Of a stretch of 64,000 nt of DNA, positions 42,237 to 57,545 are shown piece after piece. The first letter of the stretch is position 1. The number at the start of each line of letters is the position of its first letter. The notes beneath the pieces were generated by a model. It saw nothing but the letters and a program-made list of their open reading frames with translations. It searched no databases and had not been told where the DNA came from. Both the position numbers and the translations under genes were made by a program. This DNA comes from the human T2T-CHM13v2.0 reference genome, Homo sapiens: the NCBI RefSeq assembly GCF_009914755.1, contig NC_060947.1. The stretch is one strand, 5' to 3'.

Positions 42237-43239
42237 TTTCTGCAACACATCACATACTGGATCCAGAATTATCCATGTATACAGTAATAAAAAATCAACA
42301 CCTACTCTGAGCACAACTGCCACAACTGGCTTTTCACTGTAAATAGCTACCTGAATTTAAAGAGATGTGTACCCCATATACCCCCAAAAATACCTCCCTG
42401 ATTGCACTACCACATATATAGACCAGAATTGAGTAGTTCTGAAAATCTGTAGCATAGAAAAGCAGGCCATAATACAGCGGCTTTAAATAAGAACACGGAG
42501 GGCCTGAGGATAGTAAAGTTTTACTGAATAACCAAAAATGTTGATTAATAGTATGAACAACATTGTAAGATTTCTAACTAACAGAACATATTTTTAAAGC
42601 ATTTTACACATCAACACTATACAAACAACAGACATTGAGTTTCCAACATCCAAATGAATCACGCCCTAGAATGGTGTGTGCCACACTCTAGAATGGTGGC
42701 AATCTAGAACCTGAACTGCATTTTGTAATTAGAGTAAGGCTATAAATGATGGGTAGTTCCTCAAAACAACCCCAAAGATGCTTTGTAGCTCACATTTCCC
42801 CAAAACACCACACATCTAACATGTGTAAAAGATCTGAACACTATTGCAATATTGATAAAACTAACGTACTGAATAGTAGTGAAGACTATGACTACATCAA
42901 CCTAAAGAAGGAGGGTATGTGAATCACTGAAAGACAGAACACAATTAAGGTTTAGCCAAAACTCTTTGAATGAGAAGGCAAAAATATACTGCTGTTGGGA
43001 AACGTGAATGAGAGTTTTAAAGCCAAAGTTTTGACTGCCGAAAGGACCACTTGTGCTCTCTCGCTCCCGCTCTCTCTCTTTCTTTCTCTGCCTAATACAT
43101 TAAGCACACGTAAGTTGGACTGGTTCCACCTGGAAGACAAAAGCCACACAAAGTTAAAAGCACAAATGCAGCATGAAGAAGGAAAGTCAGGCGGAACTGA
43201 AAGGTAAACCTGTGCACTTTGAGAACAAGGCGTCCATCC

Positions 43240-44760
<1,521 letters not shown>

Positions 44761-44834
44761 TCAGCCGAGAGCTCAGGATCTCTAAGACCAAGAAGCTGGT
44801 GCGATCGCGGGCGCCCAGACTTCAGTCTGAGGCT

Positions 44835-44852
44835 CGGCGGCGGCGGCGGCGG
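44835..44852. repeat. (CGG)6 repeat
   Basis: Direct count, followed by CAGCGG. Confidence 0.9.
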
Positions 44853-46779
44853 CAGCGGTCGTCCTGGCCAGAGATGCGCGGCCTGACGTAGCAGAGCCGG
44901 GGCGAAGCGCGGCGGCAAGGGCGGCAGTGGCGGTGCAGACCTAGGCGAGAGCGGGAAGAGTGTCTGTCTGGATGGCTGCGGGAGCGAAGTCAGTGTGGGG
45001 GGAGGACGACGCTGGGGCCCGAGTGTGAAGGGCGGAGGCAGTGGGAGGAGCTGCTGGGCTGGCGTGGGGTGCCTGCCGGGTAGCGGAGGCCGCGCGGGGT
45101 GGAGGCTGGAAGGGGGCGGAGGGGAGAAGGGGGTAGCGGAGCTGCAGGGGCAGAGTCGCGGAGGGCCAGCACCCTAGGTCCCCAGTATCAGACATGCGTT
45201 GTTTCGCTACCCTCAGGACAACAGCTAACTACCCTTCTTAAAATCCGTACTTCAGTAAAATCTGAAACCTAAGATATAATCAAGCACGGGGCTAGAAGGA
45301 GGCCGAGCCACGGTCTGCCTGGAGAAACCAGTGTGCGCTTGGTGTAATCTTGGGACACCCTTCGCTTAGATTATACATTGAATTTGGCAAGGGATCGGGT
45401 GCGGGGGTGGGGGGGTGTGGGGTTCAGCAGCGTCAGGGAGACCTCTACCCTCGTGTCAGACCTGCAGCTTCTCCAGTTTCAGCTCCTGGGTTGATGTCTT
45501 AAACAGTTTCCACCAAATAATTTTTTTCCCCTTCTCAAACTGAAGTCTTTGAGCACCTGAATCCCTGAGCATTTGAACTGCGTTCCAAATGCAGTTCCCT
45601 AGGCCCTGCTTTCCACCCGGGTGGTATCAGGGACCCTTTAGTCAGAAAGCAGCCTCAGGAGCATCCAGGGCTGCAGTGATGATAGGGGTGGAGACATGGG
45701 GGTGAGGGGTGAAGAGAAGGGTTTTTCTGTAAGGCATTGAGTTCTTTCGAACTCAGCCCAGGGCGGGTGGAGTGAAGGGGAAGAGGTCCAGGAGAGGGGT
45801 ACCTCCCTCTCTCTCCTGGGACGGAAAGGTCAGCCCAAACTTTCAGTCATAGGAATCTTGGCAGAGCCCTCTCTTGGTGTGGGGGCCCCCTTGGGCATTG
45901 GTACAGTACTCAGAGGAATGCACAGGATTTCCACAGGCACAGATGATAAAGAACTTTGCAAAGTGACTAAATGGCAAAATGGTGAGAGTGTGGATATTCA
46001 AAGCATGAGTTTGGCAGTCTGAGAAGTTACATGATCCACACCTGCTCTAAAGCTTTAGGGCAGTCAATCCTAAAGCAAGCCCCCAATTCCACAGTAATAC
46101 CTTGCACTGAAATGCTGGTGGCTGATACCAGGTCTGCACAGGCCCCAATCGTCCTCCACAAAAAAAGTCTTTGTTAAGCGTGTTTGCAGAAGTCAGGTGG
46201 TGAGTTAACTGTCCTTGATCAGAGATCATGAAAATACTTTGTTGCTGTTTCCCCCCAATTCTCCCTGCTCTTTTTACAAACTTATCTCAAACCCAGAAAC
46301 TCCAAGTGCACCATGGATCCTTCACATCACTCCAGTCCAACTGTTGCACCTTAGTGCCCATCCTCCCCTTCTCTGCCTCAATATTCCTACCCATGTTTAG
46401 TGCTGTATCAAGAGGAGGGTGAGGGTGACGGATTGGGAGTAATCTGACAATGAAAAAAATGCTGACGATTTCATAATTGGAAGTGACATTACTAGAGAAA
46501 AACTGATCACAAATTTCTTTAACCTAACCTATCTTAAGGCTTTCTTTTCTTTTCTAAAAAATCTTGACTTAGAAAACTTGATATTATATAAGACTTCATG
46601 GCATATTTTTTACTGTTGCGGTAAATAAAATAGGCTCAAAATCTTAGGCTATTATCAGACTAGTTGGTCATATATAACATATGTATAACAAATTGGCTGA
46701 AATATGTATGTGTGTATATATATGGTTTATATATATTACATATATATGTGTATGTATATATGGGTTTTTCTCCACATAA

Positions 46780-47228
46780 ACTTTTTTTAATTTGTGCAAA
46801 TATATGGAGTACATGAGGAATTTTGTTACATGTATATATGCCTAGCGATCAGGTCAGAGTATTTAGGGTGTCCATCACCAGTGTACAATACATTTCTGTT
46901 AAGTATAGTCACCCTTTCCTGCTATCCAACATTGAGTTTATTCCTTCAGTCTTATTGTATGCCTGTACCCTTTAACCCTTTCTCTTCATCCTCCCCTCTC
47001 CCCACTACCCTTCCCAGTTTCCATTATCTATCTTTCCACTTTCTACCTGCATATGATCACATTTTTTAGCTCCCATATATAAGTGAAAATATGGAATATT
47101 TGTCTTTTTGTGCCTAGCTTATTTCACTTCAGATAATGATTTACAGTTTCATCCATGTTGCTGCAAATGACATGATTTCTTTCTTTTATGGTTGAGTAGT
47201 ATTACATTGTGCATAAATACCACATTTG
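46780..47228 (-). mobile_element. L1PB/L1MA1-3-like 3' end
   Basis: 'tatggagtacatgag...tcagagtatttagggtgtccatcacc...catccatgttgctgcaaatgacatgattt'. Confidence 0.8.
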
Positions 47229-47239
47229 TAAAAGTAAAT

Positions 47240-47500
47240 AATGCTTATAACAGCTATTATCTATTGAAAACTTATTCATATCATGGGCTGGAGGGATGTG
47301 TTAAATGCTTCAAATGCTAAATACTTTATGTACATTTGGCATCACAATAACTTTATAAGGTAGGTTCTATTTTTATTGCCCTGTTTTAAAATGAGGGAAA
47401 TTGAGGCTCAGTAAAGGTAGTGACTCCCCCATTGTCACACAGCTAGTAAGTGATAAAGTCAAGATGTGAATCTCTGTGTGACTCTAATACTTTCATAACT
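47240..47500 (-). mobile_element. MIR SINE
   Basis: 'aaatgagggaaattgaggctcag...gtcacacagctagtaagt'. Confidence 0.75.
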
Positions 47501-49869
47501 TAAGACTACTTTATATTATTCAACAAACTTTTTTTGTTTCCTTCTCTTAAAAACCATGTAAACTACCTCTATTGTTGAAATTTTATACGCAATGTCTTCT
47601 GTGCTTCTTAAAGATAACCGGAAGTGATAAATAAATAAATACTGAATGCAAATGATGTACAACATTGTCCATATGATATTTAAAGGCAAATATATCATCT
47701 CTGGGACCTATTTTTTACACATTTCTTTTAATTAATACTTATGAGGTGCAGTAATATGTATTCACAAGTTTTTTTATGTTTGGTGAAAACATCCACATAA
47801 ATCTCCACTTTTTGTTAATGTAAATATGTAATATTTAAATATAATAATATGTTTGTAGGGAGTGGTCAGATTACTATCATGTATTGATAAATGAGTTAGG
47901 TTAACTTCCTCTGGAATATTATACCTGAAACACATTTCTTTTACGCTAGGCTTTCAAATTTCTCTAAGCTCTTTAAAGCTGTACAAACAACTTCCAGACC
48001 AAAGGCAAGATATATTGAGAGATGTACAGTTTTGTATATGAACTTGCAATTTTGAACTTCCTTTGCATCTGGTTACTTCCATGTTCAGGAAAATACAATA
48101 TCTGCTAATATATAACATCATAAATAGTGCATTTATTGTTGAAACAGTAGCTGCAATGGCATGTGATAAAAATGTCAGGTATCTGCATAGTTTTCTGAGT
48201 GTTGGGATCCCAATAAGGTACTTCTGTTACCTCTGAGGGCTGCTGTCTATGTGAGTGTGAATATTTTGTCAGTCCTTACCGAGATATTTCTGTGTTTATT
48301 ATAGGTTTTTGCTTTGTATTAGACTAGCCTGTCTCCCTACCCTAGATTCCCCGCCATTGAATAGGGTCTTATATGAATGGCTTCAGGGCACTGTCTCATG
48401 CTGTTCTCTAATTACTTAATGTGTTTAAATTTTGTTATCCCAATCAGATTGTAAGCTCCTCAAAAGGTTACATGTTTCCTACTTATTTTGTACCATCACA
48501 CCGTCCTAGGTAAGTAGTCAATGGTTTATGAAAACTTGGGATTTACTTGTTGATAAGTAAAGAGAACTAAAAGAGAGAAAAGAAATTGAAATATCCAACA
48601 AGTAGAAGATATTTTGAAATTAAATTACTTGAAATGGAGAAAGTGAGGGACTTGAATTGTAATAATGCCACATAACTTGTTTGAATTTACATAGATATCT
48701 ATGCAGACCTATTTTGACCTACATATCTATATATACATAATTTCAAACAAGTTGTTGTATTATTAGCTATGCTTATTTATTTACATTTATATTTATATTT
48801 ACATATGTTTCCTTGAACCATTGGATGATTTCATCAACTGTGTCTGTCCACTTTTCTAATCTATGAATGAAAAAATGAGATGTCTAGCCAATAACCAAAA
48901 TAGATTAACAATTAAAAATTAAGGCAGAATATTTGTTACTTCCCTGTGGTATCATGAATATAAACTTGTTTCTAAATGTGTTTTAAATTATTTTTAAAGT
49001 GTTAGATTTTATGTCCAAAACTAAAATAATCTCAGGAAAAAGATACTGAAAGTTGAGAAAAAGGTGGGGCAATAGTAAGACGGGTGGATCAGTAACAAGT
49101 CTGTTTGAATAAATTCTAAAAGTGGCTTTCATATAATCAACAGAAAAATAGATGTTACAAATAAGGCCTTACAAATTGCAGCATATTTTCAGATATAGAG
49201 GCATTTGTGTTCAGAAATGTGATCATATAGTAATTTCCAATATGTTGTATATAGATATGAAACAAAGATGCCCTTAAAAGTATATTGTGACATCTTTCTT
49301 ACATTTGTATGTATAGCATTTGCATTTTCTTTATCAGCAAGTATAAATATAAGACACTGAAAAAAGAAATATAGTTAATTAAGCTTGTTTTAAAATAACA
49401 TCTGATAATGATATGGTTACTTATACCAGACACAAGACAAAATATTCTTGAATTATTAAATTGAATAAATTTTCCCTTAATCTCTAATTATAACACAGTC
49501 ATAACATTTTCAAGTTGTGACCTTCTCAAGTCTCTTAAGATAAGCAGCTATGAACCTGGTTTGTGGTCAGATTATTCTTCCAAACTTCATGACGCAGAAA
49601 GTGATATAGATGACTCAGCAAGTTGTTTCGCCCTATGATGGCACAACTAAAGGCATATGCTGTCAGATGGGGTAAGATAGGAAAGATTTATCACATTATT
49701 ACATTTACTATAAACAGAATTAGAGGAAAGGAGGCAATTTTGACCACATGACCTCTTCTATGCCCTACTCCTCTCCATATTTTCTAAGAGGAAGGAGTGT
49801 GTCAGAGTCCAAGCTTGGGCTTTGTTTTGTGAGAGGGTAGATTCAATGCTAGTTATATGTTTTGTGGGA

Positions 49870-50120
49870 GACACTACAGGCTAGTGGTTATGTGAATCGG
49901 CTCTGGAGCCAGATAACATATTTTGAATTCTGGTTCTAGGGCTTGCTGGCCTTGAAACTGGGCCAGTTATAATATTCCCTTTGCAATTATCCCCAGATTT
50001 TTTAAATGGGGATAATAATAGCACTTATTCCATGGGGTTTTGTTTTGATGGCTAAATGAGTTAATACATATATAACAATAAGAATAGTGCCTGGCAGATT
50101 ATAAAGCACTTAATACATTT
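49870..50120 (+). mobile_element. MIR SINE
   Basis: 'ggctctggagccaga...aaatggggataataatagcac...aatagtgcctggca'. Confidence 0.75.
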
Positions 50121-50699
50121 CTTAAAACTACCTTCCCTCCTTTCCACTACTTAACTTTACAAAGACAACTTGGTAGCAATGCTAATAGGGTTTTGTGAGT
50201 GTCCGCTGTATTGTGAAACACATATAAACACCATTATGAAAACTGGCACACATGGGGATAAATTATTTGTAGTAAGAGCTACTTGTCTGTTCACATACAG
50301 CTCATCAATGTCTATTTTGTTGCCAACCTAAAGATGAATATTAGTATGGGAAGAATGTATTGTAAGAATAACTTTACCGCATGCTAGTAGATCACCAAGT
50401 GGAAGTTGTAAGGTTTATTTTTTGAAGCAGCCAGACTTGGGTTCCTTTTGCAAATAATTGTCAATATAAATATCGACAAAGAACAAAGAACTGATCTTTT
50501 CTTAGATTTAGAGCATTTCTTATCAGTTGATAGTTGTGAAATTGGATAGACTGAAAATAGGCCATAGATAATGCTCCGATATTAGCTAGGTACATAAAAG
50601 AAGACCTGGAGGGAGATTATGTCCATAAAATTGATTGAGAAATCATTCTATTCCATGCTCTGAAATGTTTTAACCAGATATATATGCCTAGTTGCTATT

Positions 50700-51795
50700 T
50701 TCCCAACTTTCAATACCATCTTACTCCTAGCTTTAAATGCATAATATATGCCAAGCCATCTCAATTTTGTATCTCTATCCCAAACCTGTTTGTTCAACTT
50801 CCTGCTTGACATCTTGGCTACCAAAACAGAACTTCAAATTCAGACTGTATGAGCTCAAGTTATTGATTTCAGTCCCCATATACTTGAGCTTATATAGTTC
50901 CCTGTTTTAATGAATAGTATCGCCATCCATCCAGCTGTACAAACTGAAGTCCTAGCAACTATCCTTGACACACATTTTTTGTCTTCAGGTTCAATATTCC
51001 ATCTTCTACCATTTCTCAAATTCATTTAATTCTCAGTATTTCCACAGCTACCATCCTTTCCCAAGCCACCTTCATAAGTGATTTTCCTAAAACTACGCTT
51101 TTCCTCCTCCATTCAATTATCCAGGCTGTACCCAGAGTAATGCTCGCAAAATACAGATCTGCCCATGTCACTAAAATGTTTTTAAAAAGATAATGTTTTC
51201 CTGTTGTCTTATGATAAAGACCAAAATCCTCAATGCAGCCTACCAGGCCCAGCATGATATGTGACTTATGTTCTACAGCCACATGTCAATTTTTTCTCAT
51301 TACTTTTTTGATCCAGCCACACTGGCCCTTTTTCATTTCCTCACTGATGTGAAATAACTTCATGCCTCAAATCCCTTTTGCATGCTGTTCTCTCTGCATG
51401 AAATGCTTTCTCCCTGTAGGTCTTTCCACCTTTTGCCCCCACAACCTCCCGCCGCCCACAGATATCTTAGCTTGTTAACTCCTCATCCTTCAGATTTTAG
51501 GTCAAGTATCACTTTCTTAGGGAAACACTTCTTGACCACCCAGAATACATCAGATCTCTGTTCCCCCTATTATACATGGGAGGATTCTCATAATGTTATT
51601 TAATGGCATTTATCAGAAAGGAAATTTCGTAGTTATTCCTGTGATTCTTGGTTTAATGTCTATATCCACCAAACGTTTGAACAAACACTCCCCAAGGGCA
51701 AAAGTGATGTCCATTGTGCCCACTACTTATCTCCAGTGTCTAGAATGCCATAGAAATACTCAATTGATATTTGCTGAATAATTACTGAATGAAAT
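50700..51795 (+). mobile_element. L2 element
   Basis: 'ccatccatccagctgtacaaactgaagtcctagcaactatccttgac...actcaattgatatttgctgaat'. Confidence 0.78.
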
Positions 51796-53229
51796 TTTAA
51801 GGACCCTGATATTTTGTTCAAGTGGTACATCAAAACTCTTTACACTATTTGACAAACAACCTCTTAATTTAACACCGGTTGAAAAGGATAATTTTGCTCC
51901 CTTACATTTTAAAGTTTGTTAAATTGTTTACTCTTCAATTGTGATTTTCGTTGGATATATTCAAAATATAATATGCTCCATTTTTCCAAAAGGTTAACCC
52001 TGTATTCCTGCAAAAGTATGGATTGATTGATATGACAGACAGCTCCAGAAAAGATTTTGCAATTAGATTACAAGTACAATACTCTACTAATCAACCACTG
52101 CTGTGTTATCTTTTAGCTATGGAAACATCTGCTCCAAATGACAGAAATTTGCTTCCAGCTTTGGTCTATCATTGTTCTAAGGAAAAGCATCAGCCAAGAC
52201 AGGGTAATATACGTTTAAAGTAGAACCTCAGCATTTAATGCTTATCTAAAATGGGCATTTTGATTTCATGTAATAATGAGAAGACTGCAACAGTCCCCCC
52301 CAAAAAACATTGTTTCAAGTAGCATCAAATAGTTATATGTTAGCTGTCCTTGTCTTTAATATAAAACTTAATGGTCTGATATTACTTTCTGATAGATTGA
52401 ATCTTCCTGTGCTGTTACTATGTACAAAAAGTTTAGTGGCTATGCATATGTTGATGGCATGGTTTTACTGTCAAGAGCTAGAGTAGCTTCATTAACAAAC
52501 TAGTGTCAAGAATGGCTCAATATTTTTATGTGAAATCCTGAAGTCATTGTTTTCGCCAATTATCTTCCAAAATTCAGCTGGCCAATTCTAAATTACTTCT
52601 AGCTACATGGTAACTTACTTAGTTATTTTCACAGGGTGAGAACATTTTGTAACTAATGCATCACAGGAAAAACAGTGGGAATCTACTGTTTTGTATCAAA
52701 CTTCACATGGGTTTTCTACCTTCATGGAATGATCGATGATCATTTTGGGGGGCCAAATTCATCTATCCCATATTCTGTAAGAACTCAGGGGCCTGAGGGG
52801 AGCATTTGTCCAAGTACACAACAAGTAATCTAAATATGCTTCTTAAACCACAACTGGTTTTGCCTGCAGGTATTACCACATACTACACTGGTGAGAAAGC
52901 AGGATGCCGTTTCATCTGGATGAGAATAATGGTCAAGCTTCCAAGCTTTCATAATGTAGAACCTTACCACATTATAGAACAGTAGTTGATAATGTGAGCT
53001 TTAAAAATAAATAAATAAGTATGCGTTCTCAGTTCTCAGGCAATCTTTGTCTCACTTAACCTACTGAAAAATTAGCTTTTTAATCTATTAAAATTTTATA
53101 CAAGCTTAGTAAATGATAGCTATTATTAGTATCTGGATTTTCCAAGCCTATGGACCTGCTCATAATTAACAATGTAGACTACCCTTCATTCTCATCAGAG
53201 AATGTAACCAAAATGCCTCTATCTGGGCA

Positions 53230-53575
53230 TCCCTTTCCCCAGATTGTCCACCATCTCCTTGTTTGCCCAGCAAAGACATCCTCATCCTTCAAGTCTTATC
53301 TCAAACACTGCCTCCACTATGATAACTTATTTGACTCTGTCAGATAGGTTTAAGGGCATCTTCTTTTGTACAGTCTGTATATACTTCCCTTATAGCAATT
53401 AATATGCTTCATTACAGTCACTGGCTTGTCTTATTTTAAACTAACTGCAAGCCCTTTTGAGGTAGAAATATTTTAAAAAATATATTTGGATCCTCAGACC
53501 TAGCACAGTGCCTGACATACACATAGCCCATACACATTGAGTGAATGAACACTCAATGAATGAATAAATGAATTT
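53230..53575 (+). mobile_element. L2 3' end
   Basis: 'cctagcacagtgcctgacatac...gaatgaataaatgaat'. Confidence 0.65.
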
Positions 53576-53974
53576 GGCTTCTATCAAAACCCCTGTTAAT
53601 AAAATATAATATTTAGCATTTTGAAAGTGAATTCACATACTCTCAGTTTTATTATTGAATCACCTGAGGTCACCAGAAGACTTGATCGTAGGATCAGATA
53701 ATATTAGGACTTGCTGAATCAGTTTCACTCACTTGCACTTTCATTTTATGCTTTAAGCAGTTATCAAAGGTCATTAAAAATACCCCAGCAGCTATATGAA
53801 TATTTCTTTTGCATTTATTGTAAATGTGTTATGAAGGGCACTGATCATCATATTGCTCAATGTCCCTTTTATACAATGTCACTCAGCAAATTAATTTTAT
53901 AATCTAATTCCAAAAAGCTTTTCTCCCTTGTAATTATTATATTTCCTCCTTTCTGACTATGAGCTCTATATAGA

Positions 53975-54190
53975 AGTGCAGGCTATGAAGTCAGAAAGTC
54001 CTTGATTTGAACTTTGGCTCCACTTAGAGCTTCAGTTTTGTGACCCTGGACAAGACATTTTTTGAAACCTCAGTAACTTCATCTGTAAAATGAGGATTAT
54101 AACTCCTACTCTCCATGGATGTATTGAAGATAGATATAATATCGAAGTGATCACAGAGTTCTGGCACATAATATATGCTGAGTATATAGT
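53975..54190 (+). mobile_element. MIR SINE
   Basis: 'tgtgaccctggacaag...acctcagtaacttcatctgtaaaatgaggatt'. Confidence 0.75.
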
Positions 54191-55736
54191 AAAAATAATT
54201 TCTTTTTTCGACCTGGCTGCTGGGAAGCACAAAGACAAATATAATAATAATAGCAACTACGTGAACTTTAACAGTTTTTCTCTTTCTTCATTCTAGTTTT
54301 CATTATTTTGAATTTTATTCTTAAAAGCCTCTTTAAGTAGTTGTGGAAATAAGGCATATAAAATTTGCAAATAGATTATTATCTGTGAAATCTCTACAAA
54401 AATGATCACCTTAGAAAGCCTGAAGTCCTAATTATCCTATGCAGGTGTAAAGTAGTAGGGAATATTGAGATGTAAGGCACAGAGAAAAACATGTAATATT
54501 TCAGTAAGTTTATCTCTCTTTTGTCCCATAATATCATAAATACCACCATTAGAGATCGTTGTAGGGATTCCTCTCCCATCTGGATTATTGGGGTGTAAAC
54601 ACACAGATATATATTAAAATATTATGTTAACTTTTTATCATCAAAATAAATGGGATCAAAGATAGGAAATGTTTCCTAGAGGACAAAGACCTGAAGAAGA
54701 GAGTAAAAGAAGGGAAGAAAATAGTTAAAATATTTTAGAAGGAAAATGGGGAGGAACAGAGAACACTGACTTTGCCTATATCTCAGTTTGTTTTAGGGAG
54801 ACTTTATCATACTGTTCTCTGAAATGTAACTTAAAGAAGAAACAGCTGCTTTACAATATGTGCTCTAACTAAAAAGACCAACTATGGAACATGTATTTGA
54901 ATTGCTCACTGATATGATTACAAACAAAATGAAGAAAGGTGGGCTAGATGCTAAGACAAGTAGGTAGATGAGAATTCAGATGATTAATGATTTTATTTTC
55001 TCAACAAAGACTTATTAAATGCCTGTGATGTGTTATGTAGGCATTAGAAAAAAGGAAATACAAAGATTAATATATTTAAAGTCTTTGCCTTCAATGAATT
55101 GTCATTCTTTTATGACAAAAAGACAAAATGGAAAGACCTAGAGAGTAGGCCAAACTTATTCACCACACACTTATTAAATACGTTCTATATGTCAGGACCT
55201 TTGCTAGCACCTGTGGGCATATTACATGATTATGTATTTTCTAAGTACATACTACATTATATATTATGCACATATAGTTGCATATATTTATGTTTATTAT
55301 ATATGTACATTTTATATTTTTGGTTATAACCTCCATTTGTTGATAACTTGTGCTGTGCTACAGGTTTTACATATAGTATCTCTACTCTAAACAATAAACC
55401 TCCATAATAGAGGGCATTCTTTTAACTTTACAGATTAAAACATTGAGATTTAATAAACTGAAATGTTTAATGAGTGGCAGGGCTAATATTCAAACCCAGG
55501 CCAGTGCCCTTTCCCCCATGACACTGTATCCACTACAATATTTTTTTCTCAGACTTTTGCCAATACTTAGATAGGGGATGAGCAGGACATGAGGATGGGA
55601 TCAAATAAGCCAATATGCTATAGTCTCAATGCCTGACCACTGAATGATTTGAATAGCTCCCCCAAATCTGAATGGGTGAATGGAAACCTCAGCCAAGACA
55701 TGGTTTCCAGCCTTGTCCTGCCAGCATCTTGCTAGA

Positions 55737-56246
55737 TGTGGTAGGCAGCCTCTACGATGGTCTCCAATGATCCCTGCCTTCTGGTGTTAATGCCCTTCTT
55801 TAATCTCCTTCCCTTTTGTGTAGGTTAGACCAGTGACTTTATTCTAATCAATAGGATATGAAAAAAGTGATGGGATGTTACTTCTATGAGTAGGTTACAA
55901 AAGACTGTGACATCCATCGTGCTTTCTCTTGTTTTCTCACTGGCTTACTCTGAGATAAACCACCTTCCATGTTATAAGTTGCCTTACGTAGAGACTCAGA
56001 TGGTAAAGAAATGATGTCAGCCAGTAGTCAGCAAGGACCCCAGGCCTGCCTGTGGTCACATCAGTGAGCTTGGAAGCCCCAGCTGACATCTTGGTTGCAG
56101 CCTGATGAAAGACCTTGAGCCACATTTTCCCATATAAGCTGTGCCCCAATTTTCTGATCAACAAAACTGTGATATAATAAATATTTGTTTTTGTCAGCCA
56201 CTATCTTTTGGGGTAATTTGCTCCACAACAATAAATAACATATACA
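55737..56246 (+). mobile_element. MLT1E/F-like MaLR solo LTR
   Basis: Starts 'tgtggtaggcagcctctacgatgg', ends 'ttttggggtaatttgctccacaacaataaataacatataca'. Confidence 0.82.
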
Positions 56247-57545
56247 CCAGGAAAAAAATGTTTCCCAGATTTGTACAGAGTTGATTGTACCAAAATGATG
56301 ACTAGAATGATGATGTAACACAGAGCAACAGCTACATGGATTGAGCTCTTGAGACATAAAACATTTACAGAGCATTTAATCAAGCACCAGACCTGGTGCC
56401 TTTAATCAAGCACCATCCATGACAATTTACAAGTTTTCGCAGCCAGTGAAGTAGCAAAATTTTGATTTGAACTCAACGGTGTGACTCTAGAGTGAACATT
56501 CTAAAACAGCTGTGTCTCTACTGTGCTATACAGTCTCAGTTTATTGCCTATAGGTTTGATAAGGGATTCTCTCTTAGTGTTTTAAAAATTGGGTTATTAA
56601 AATAATTTTTATCAAGTTTATAGATAAAATTAAACTGTGAATTATAATGAATATGAAACATAACAAAAATATCAATAGATTGGGGCAATGTTCAAAATTT
56701 AGCATGGTTACATTTAATGCAAATATGTGTTGTATCTGCATATTTAAAACATTTAGGAATAAAATAGAAGTGACATGGCTTTGCACTTAGAAACCCAAGT
56801 GGTCAAGTACTATGTGCTTGAATGGCTGGTATATATGAGGTATTCGATGAATATATGTTGAGTAAATGAATAAATCTCACATAGGAGATTCAAACATCAA
56901 ATGGGTCATTTGAGTTATATAAATCGTAAAGCTCTTTTTTACTCTGAAAGTCTGTGATTAAGAGTGTAACTGAAAAATGCAGGTATGTTACATATAATTG
57001 TAAATCCTGCATTTAAGAATGTGAAGGCTACATTTGTAGCAGTAAAAATAAAAAGGCATACCTTATCTAACAATTACCATATTACAAAACAAATGATGAC
57101 TATTAATCAACACAGTATACAGAATCAAAAATCATCAAAGTATGTTTTAATAAAGCATAAATTATTAGCTCAATTTTGGTAGTTTTGCAAATGGGGAGGC
57201 TATATAAAATAAGGAAACATTTTTTTTCTGTTAAATAAAATGATAGAAGAAGGTATAGATGAAAAGTTTTCTTATTTTTACTGGGTAGATGGTCTAGAAG
57301 CAGCAAGAAAAAAATCAGAATGAGATTTAACTTATTTAACTCTCATGAGTAAATATTGATGAACTCTGTCAAGATATTCAGAATCTATTAAGTGTGTAAT
57401 AATATGCTAATTGTGTAGAGCATGTGAAAGAGTAACAAATAATGGCCTATGCTGTCAAAGAGCTTCTAATTATATCAGGATGATATGATGAAGTATGTTA
57501 ACATTAAAAATAATTTTTAAAATGTATGATTATAATATTAAGTGC

